The notes beneath the pieces were generated by a model, which was not told where the DNA came from, made no database searches, and saw only the letters and a list, made by a program, of their open reading frames with translations. From contig CAVNZM010000006.1 of NCBI GenBank assembly GCA_963693365.1, positions 9,675,355-9,739,354 of the forward strand: a DNA stretch of 64,000 bases, read 5' to 3'. The stretch comes from Amoebidium appalachense (taxonomy: Eukaryota; Protista; Ichthyosporea). Position 1 is the first letter of the stretch; each line of letters starts with the position of its first letter. This document shows, one piece after another, positions 59,637-64,000 of the stretch. The position numbers and the translations under genes were made by a program.

Positions 59637-61007
59637 ACACGCACGCACATGCACACGCACACGCACACGCACACGCACACGCACACGCACACACACACGC
59701 GCGCGCGCGCGCGCGCGAAGTGCATGTGTGTGTACCGCACGCGTACGGCATCCGGTGTGCACGTGTGTAACTGCGTATGCTACACCGGTGCTGATACGTT
59801 TGCGCACAGTGCGCATCTCCCCAAAAGCCCAAACTACATGTACCGACCAAGCGTAAGGAGGCCTCAAGGTACCGATGTACGCTGTGCCTGGCACGTACTG
59901 ACTGTGCCCTCTAGCCGATGTACGATAAATCGACGCTGGCTGATTTTTCAAGGTAGGTGAGTCACGTGATCAGCCGCTCTCCGTATCGTCCGCGTTTCCT
60001 TGAAAAATAACTGCTACATCAGAAGGTACCACAGACGCTGTTCAAACGTTCAACTTCATGGCATCCGGTATTGGCAAAATTTCCCGCCAGATCCAAAAGG
60101 AAAGATCAGGATTGGTCGTAGTTTTTGACTAATAGTAGGTCATGATTGTAAGCCAATCTGATAGCGGGTCTAATGCGATCTATACAGAGCCAATGTCTTG
60201 CACACGAGGGAAACACGCGCAAGCCGAGCATGAGGATTACTTTAAAACAATGAATTAAGGGGAAAAATAAAAAAGTAGAAGCTGCACATCTGCAGAAGGC
60301 GATAACGTTTTCGGCTACGGAGTGCCAGTGTGTCAGACTCCGCACGCAACGTGGGTCAGACCCAAAATCATCAGAGACCATAACCAATCATATGCCACGG
60401 TGATAAATCACTCTGGTAGGACCATAACTAACCATAAAAAGGTACTCAGCAACATTTCCTATTAGATGCTTAGATTTCTTTCTACAATAATAAGTTTGAT
60501 TGGTTACGTGTCAGGGTTTACAGTAGCGGACCTCCGTGCCGTATTCCGTGATCAACAGAACAGGGTCACCGTGTGGAAAACACGTGTCGCCAGCCAGTTG
60601 CTGCTGCCAGTTTACCTGCCTGTATATACTTGCACCAAAACCATACTGAGATCTGATGTTATTTACAGAACAGAAAAACATTTACGTGCATTCATATTCA
60701 AGCGGTTTGTGTTAGCATTCTACTGTGCTGCACACTGGCATCGGGCAGTTCTTTCACACAAAGGTGCTAGATCCACGTACAGTTGAGTGACTAAATTCTG
60801 TTGACACCACAAACAGAAGAATAACAGGTCTGTAGGGTAGTGTCAACTCACAAGAATCCCGAAAAGGCTATTTGATGGTGCGCAATTAGTTTCAGAGGTG
60901 TTTGATTCAGAGTATTGGTGGCACACGGCACGGCAGGAACATCATCTGCCACTCGTGATTTCGCAATGCTATGTGCATAGGTTAGAGTTTGTGTTTCAAT
61001 CGTCAAC

Positions 61008-62183
61008 ATGTCTTCAGCACTACGCTCAGCCGACTTGTGCATCGGCCCACGGTTACAGAGTCTTGGGCAAAACCTAGCCACCGTTTTCAAAACTACTGCA
61101 CAGAATGCAACAGATTTTGACAAGTATGACTACAACTGCACCGTTGTGAACAGCAGTCTTTTTGTGCTGCCAAACAATGTCGACAATGGAACTCTGAACA
61201 GAACATGGAGCCTGAACGAGACTTATCATCCTGTATGGAATTTCAGCACTATTTGCCACGTTTTGCCTAGAGATTACAGTTCAGATATGAGCAATGATTA
61301 CAACCCCGTTACAAATACTACGGTGCCCCAGAACTTTGAGGTATGTGCTGAACGTTGCTGTGTGTCAAACAGGCACAGGCCACACGCGTGAAACGTGCAG
61401 CTGTCTAGTGTATGCACAGCACCATATGCCATGTTTAATAGGAGTAGGCACATCGTGCACTCCCTCCCTCTCCTAGCTCTTCCTCCCCCACTTCCCCGAC
61501 GCTTACCTGACTGTGCACGCCCGTGGGGTCCATGTGCAAGTACACGCTGAGGCACAGGCACCAAGTACACTCACAAACACACGGGGAGCGGGGCCCTCTG
61601 GGAGAGAAGAGGGGGGGAGGGAGGGGGACGGTTTAACAAGCAGGAAGCAAATTACATTGGGGGGAGATAGGAGAAGGGCGTGGGTAAGCAGATGTGTGTG
61701 TGTGTGTGTTGCAAGGCGGGGGGATGGTGGAGGGGAGGGGGGGAGGAGGGGAAGGGAGGAGGGGAGTGGAACGAGGGGGGAGAGGTAGGGGCGGGGGGAT
61801 ATAGAGGCGTGTTGGGGGAGAAGGGTGTATGCAGGGTGGAGGGCGGGGTGGGAAGGGAGGTGGGGGGGAGGGGGGGTTGAAGGGGGAAGAGATGGGAGGG
61901 AAGGGGGCTTGGGCACATTGCCTGCACATAGACGTGCTTTTGGAGATCTAGAGAGAATCTGTCCACCTCGCACACTCTTCATGTCTTGTAAGAGAGCACT
62001 GCCCCTAAACCTTGTTGACGCTGGGACATTGCAGGCGTTTGCAGCTGCCCTGGCTGTGAATGCTGCTACGTTTCTGGTGCTGTTTGTGGCCTTTGTGGCC
62101 CTGCGGCAGGCCTTCAAGAAGATATACAGCCCACGCACAGAGCTGCTGCAGCACGTGCTCCCCTGTTCCTCCCCTTCCTCCCT

Positions 62184-62217
<34 letters not shown>

Positions 62218-63831
62218 CCCCTTTAAGGAGAACCTTTGTTTGGAAAGCATCCGGGAGAATGGGCTGTATGGGTGGGTGGGTGATTGGCTGGCAATGGTGG
62301 TGGTGGTGGGTTTGAAGGTAATGGAGAAGGTGGGGGAGAGGGGGGGGGGGGGGGGAGGAGGATGGAGGGGAAGAGGGAGATGGGGGGGGGGGGGTGGCGG
62401 GCAAAGGGGGTGGGGGGGTTTGAGATACAAACGGAGGGAGACATGCTTTCAAGTCTCGTGTCCTCGTGTTCTCCCCCCTCCCCCTCTCCCACCCCCCCCT
62501 TTATCCCCTTTCCCATTCTTTACTTTCAATGAATCTGCATAAATGTTGCCAAACATGTGGATGGGAAATGGTGGATGACTTTCATAGTTTGGGCAAGACA
62601 TGTTGGGTTATGTACGGGGAGGGATAATGAAGGACATGTTGGGTTATGTACGGGGAGGGATAATGAAGGACATGTTGGGTTATGTACGGGGAGGGATAAT
62701 GAAGGACATGTTGGGTTATGTACGGGGAGGGATAATGAAGGACATGTTGGGTTATGTACGGGGAGGGATAATGAAGGACATGTTGGGTTATGTACGGGGA
62801 GGGATAATGAAGGACATGTTGGGTTATGTACGGGGAGGGAGAATGAAGGAGGTTGGGAGGAAGGATAGCTCGGAACGTGTGGGGGGTGTGAACCTGAACA
62901 AGGGCGGCCCACCACCACCACCAAATACAACCCTCCCTCATCCTCCTCCCCTTCTCCCCCCCCCCCCCCCCCCCCCCGGTCCCTCCTCTGTGATTCCCTT
63001 ATATGTGGCGGGATCTGTCCTTCTGCCACCGTTTTATGGAACATTCCTATCTCAGTATCCCCCACCCCGAGGTTGAAGCTCTGTTTATGATGCATATCCT
63101 CAGTGTGCGCTTTCCAAAAATTGTATGTGCTGCCCGTCGTGGATGTGTACTTCTGTACTCTGTAACGTAACGATTCTATATTCTCGCTCCCACCCCCTAC
63201 CCCCCACCCCTCTTCCCCCCCATCCTCCCCCCTCCCCCCTCCCCCCCCTCCCCCACACACACACGCGCGCACAAATTCATCGCAGCACACCTGCCACGCC
63301 ATGCCCTGACTCAAGGGCCAATCATTTCTCTTTTTTTCACATCTGCAAATGGACCAGCACTGACATCCCCGACCCCCCCCCCCCCCCCCCCCTAAACCCC
63401 TTGCCACTCTCATGCACGCAAAACACATATCTCCCCTCGTTACCTCGCCGGCCACCCGGAGCATCATCCCTCCTCCCCACTCCCCCCCCCCCCCCCCCCC
63501 CCCCCCCCCCACACACACACCCTCCCCTCCTTCCCCCACCCCCACCCGGGGGGCACCCCCCAACCTGCAACCTCCCTACCAACCACCCGCACATCTCTTT
63601 CTCTCACCAAGCACACAACCTACTCTACCTTTCATGCACACGTGCACACTACTTGCTGCAGCTTGCAGCAGCACACCCGTGCAGCGTTGCCCCGGGGGGT
63701 GTTGGCCTGGATCATGCCTGTGGTCAGGGTGACGGAGGAGGAGGTCGTGAAGTTCTGTGGGTTGGATGCCACGGTCATGCTAAGGGTGTATGTGTTGGGT
63801 GTGAAGTTCTTCTCGCTGATTTCCATATATG
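61008..63831 (+). CDS. OSCA/TMEM63 (CSC1/RSN1-type) mechanosensitive channel, 5' exons (continues beyond window)
   Basis: Exons 61008-61340, 61993-~62154, ~63669-63831. AFAAALAVNAATFLVLFVAFVALRQAFKKIYSPR and GVLAWIMPVVRVTEEEVVKFCGLDATVMLR match the RSN1_TM N-terminal pattern (IYxPR, W, GLDA..LR). The exon 2/3 junction is uncertain. Confidence 0.85.
62597..62850. repeat. 36-bp minisatellite, ~7 copies, intronic
   Basis: Unit GACATGTTGGGTTATGTACGGGGAGGGATAATGAAG repeated head to tail with no spacers. Confidence 0.95.
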
Positions 63832-64000
63832 GTAGGTGTGCTGGTGCACGTGCGTGGGTGTACTCGTAATGGGATGTTTGTTCTGTCCATGTCTTTGTTT
63901 GCCTGTCTGCCCGTGTGTGTGTGTGTGAGCAGTTGTCCAAGAGCATGTATGTTGGAACAAGAGCCACATAATCGCGGGCATTTTATGGTTTGGACCGCCA

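Noticed and set aside
62597-62850. 36-bp repeats resembling a CRISPR array
   Set aside because: The units are contiguous with no unique spacers, lie in a eukaryotic intron, and there are no cas genes. It is a minisatellite.

Overview
Intron-rich eukaryotic DNA with GT-AG introns full of poly(C)/poly(G) and (CA)n tracts. The tyrosine kinase and gene style suggest a unicellular holozoan-type genome (inference only). Spliced genes reconstructed by hand: an EED/ESC-like WD40 protein (-, runs off the left edge), adenosine deaminase (+, 7 exons), Sec61beta (-, 4 exons), a small membrane protein of unknown function (+, 5 exons), a BTB + SPRY-like protein (+, 2 exons) and an OSCA/TMEM63 channel (+, runs off the right edge). 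The most unusual feature is a 10-exon gene at about 35352-58348 encoding seven predicted transmembrane helices fused directly to a tyrosine-kinase domain with a Tyr-rich tail. This copy is disabled by two premature TGA codons, frameshifts and a DFG->DFR change. Its first intron holds a 16.4-kb degenerate chromodomain Ty3/Gypsy element, which itself contains a very young, nearly intact Ty1/Copia element. Also present: MITEs, a foldback element, a dispersed poly(C)-ended repeat family with hammerhead-like core motifs, and a 36-bp minisatellite. All calls come from reading the sequence by eye; no database searches were run.
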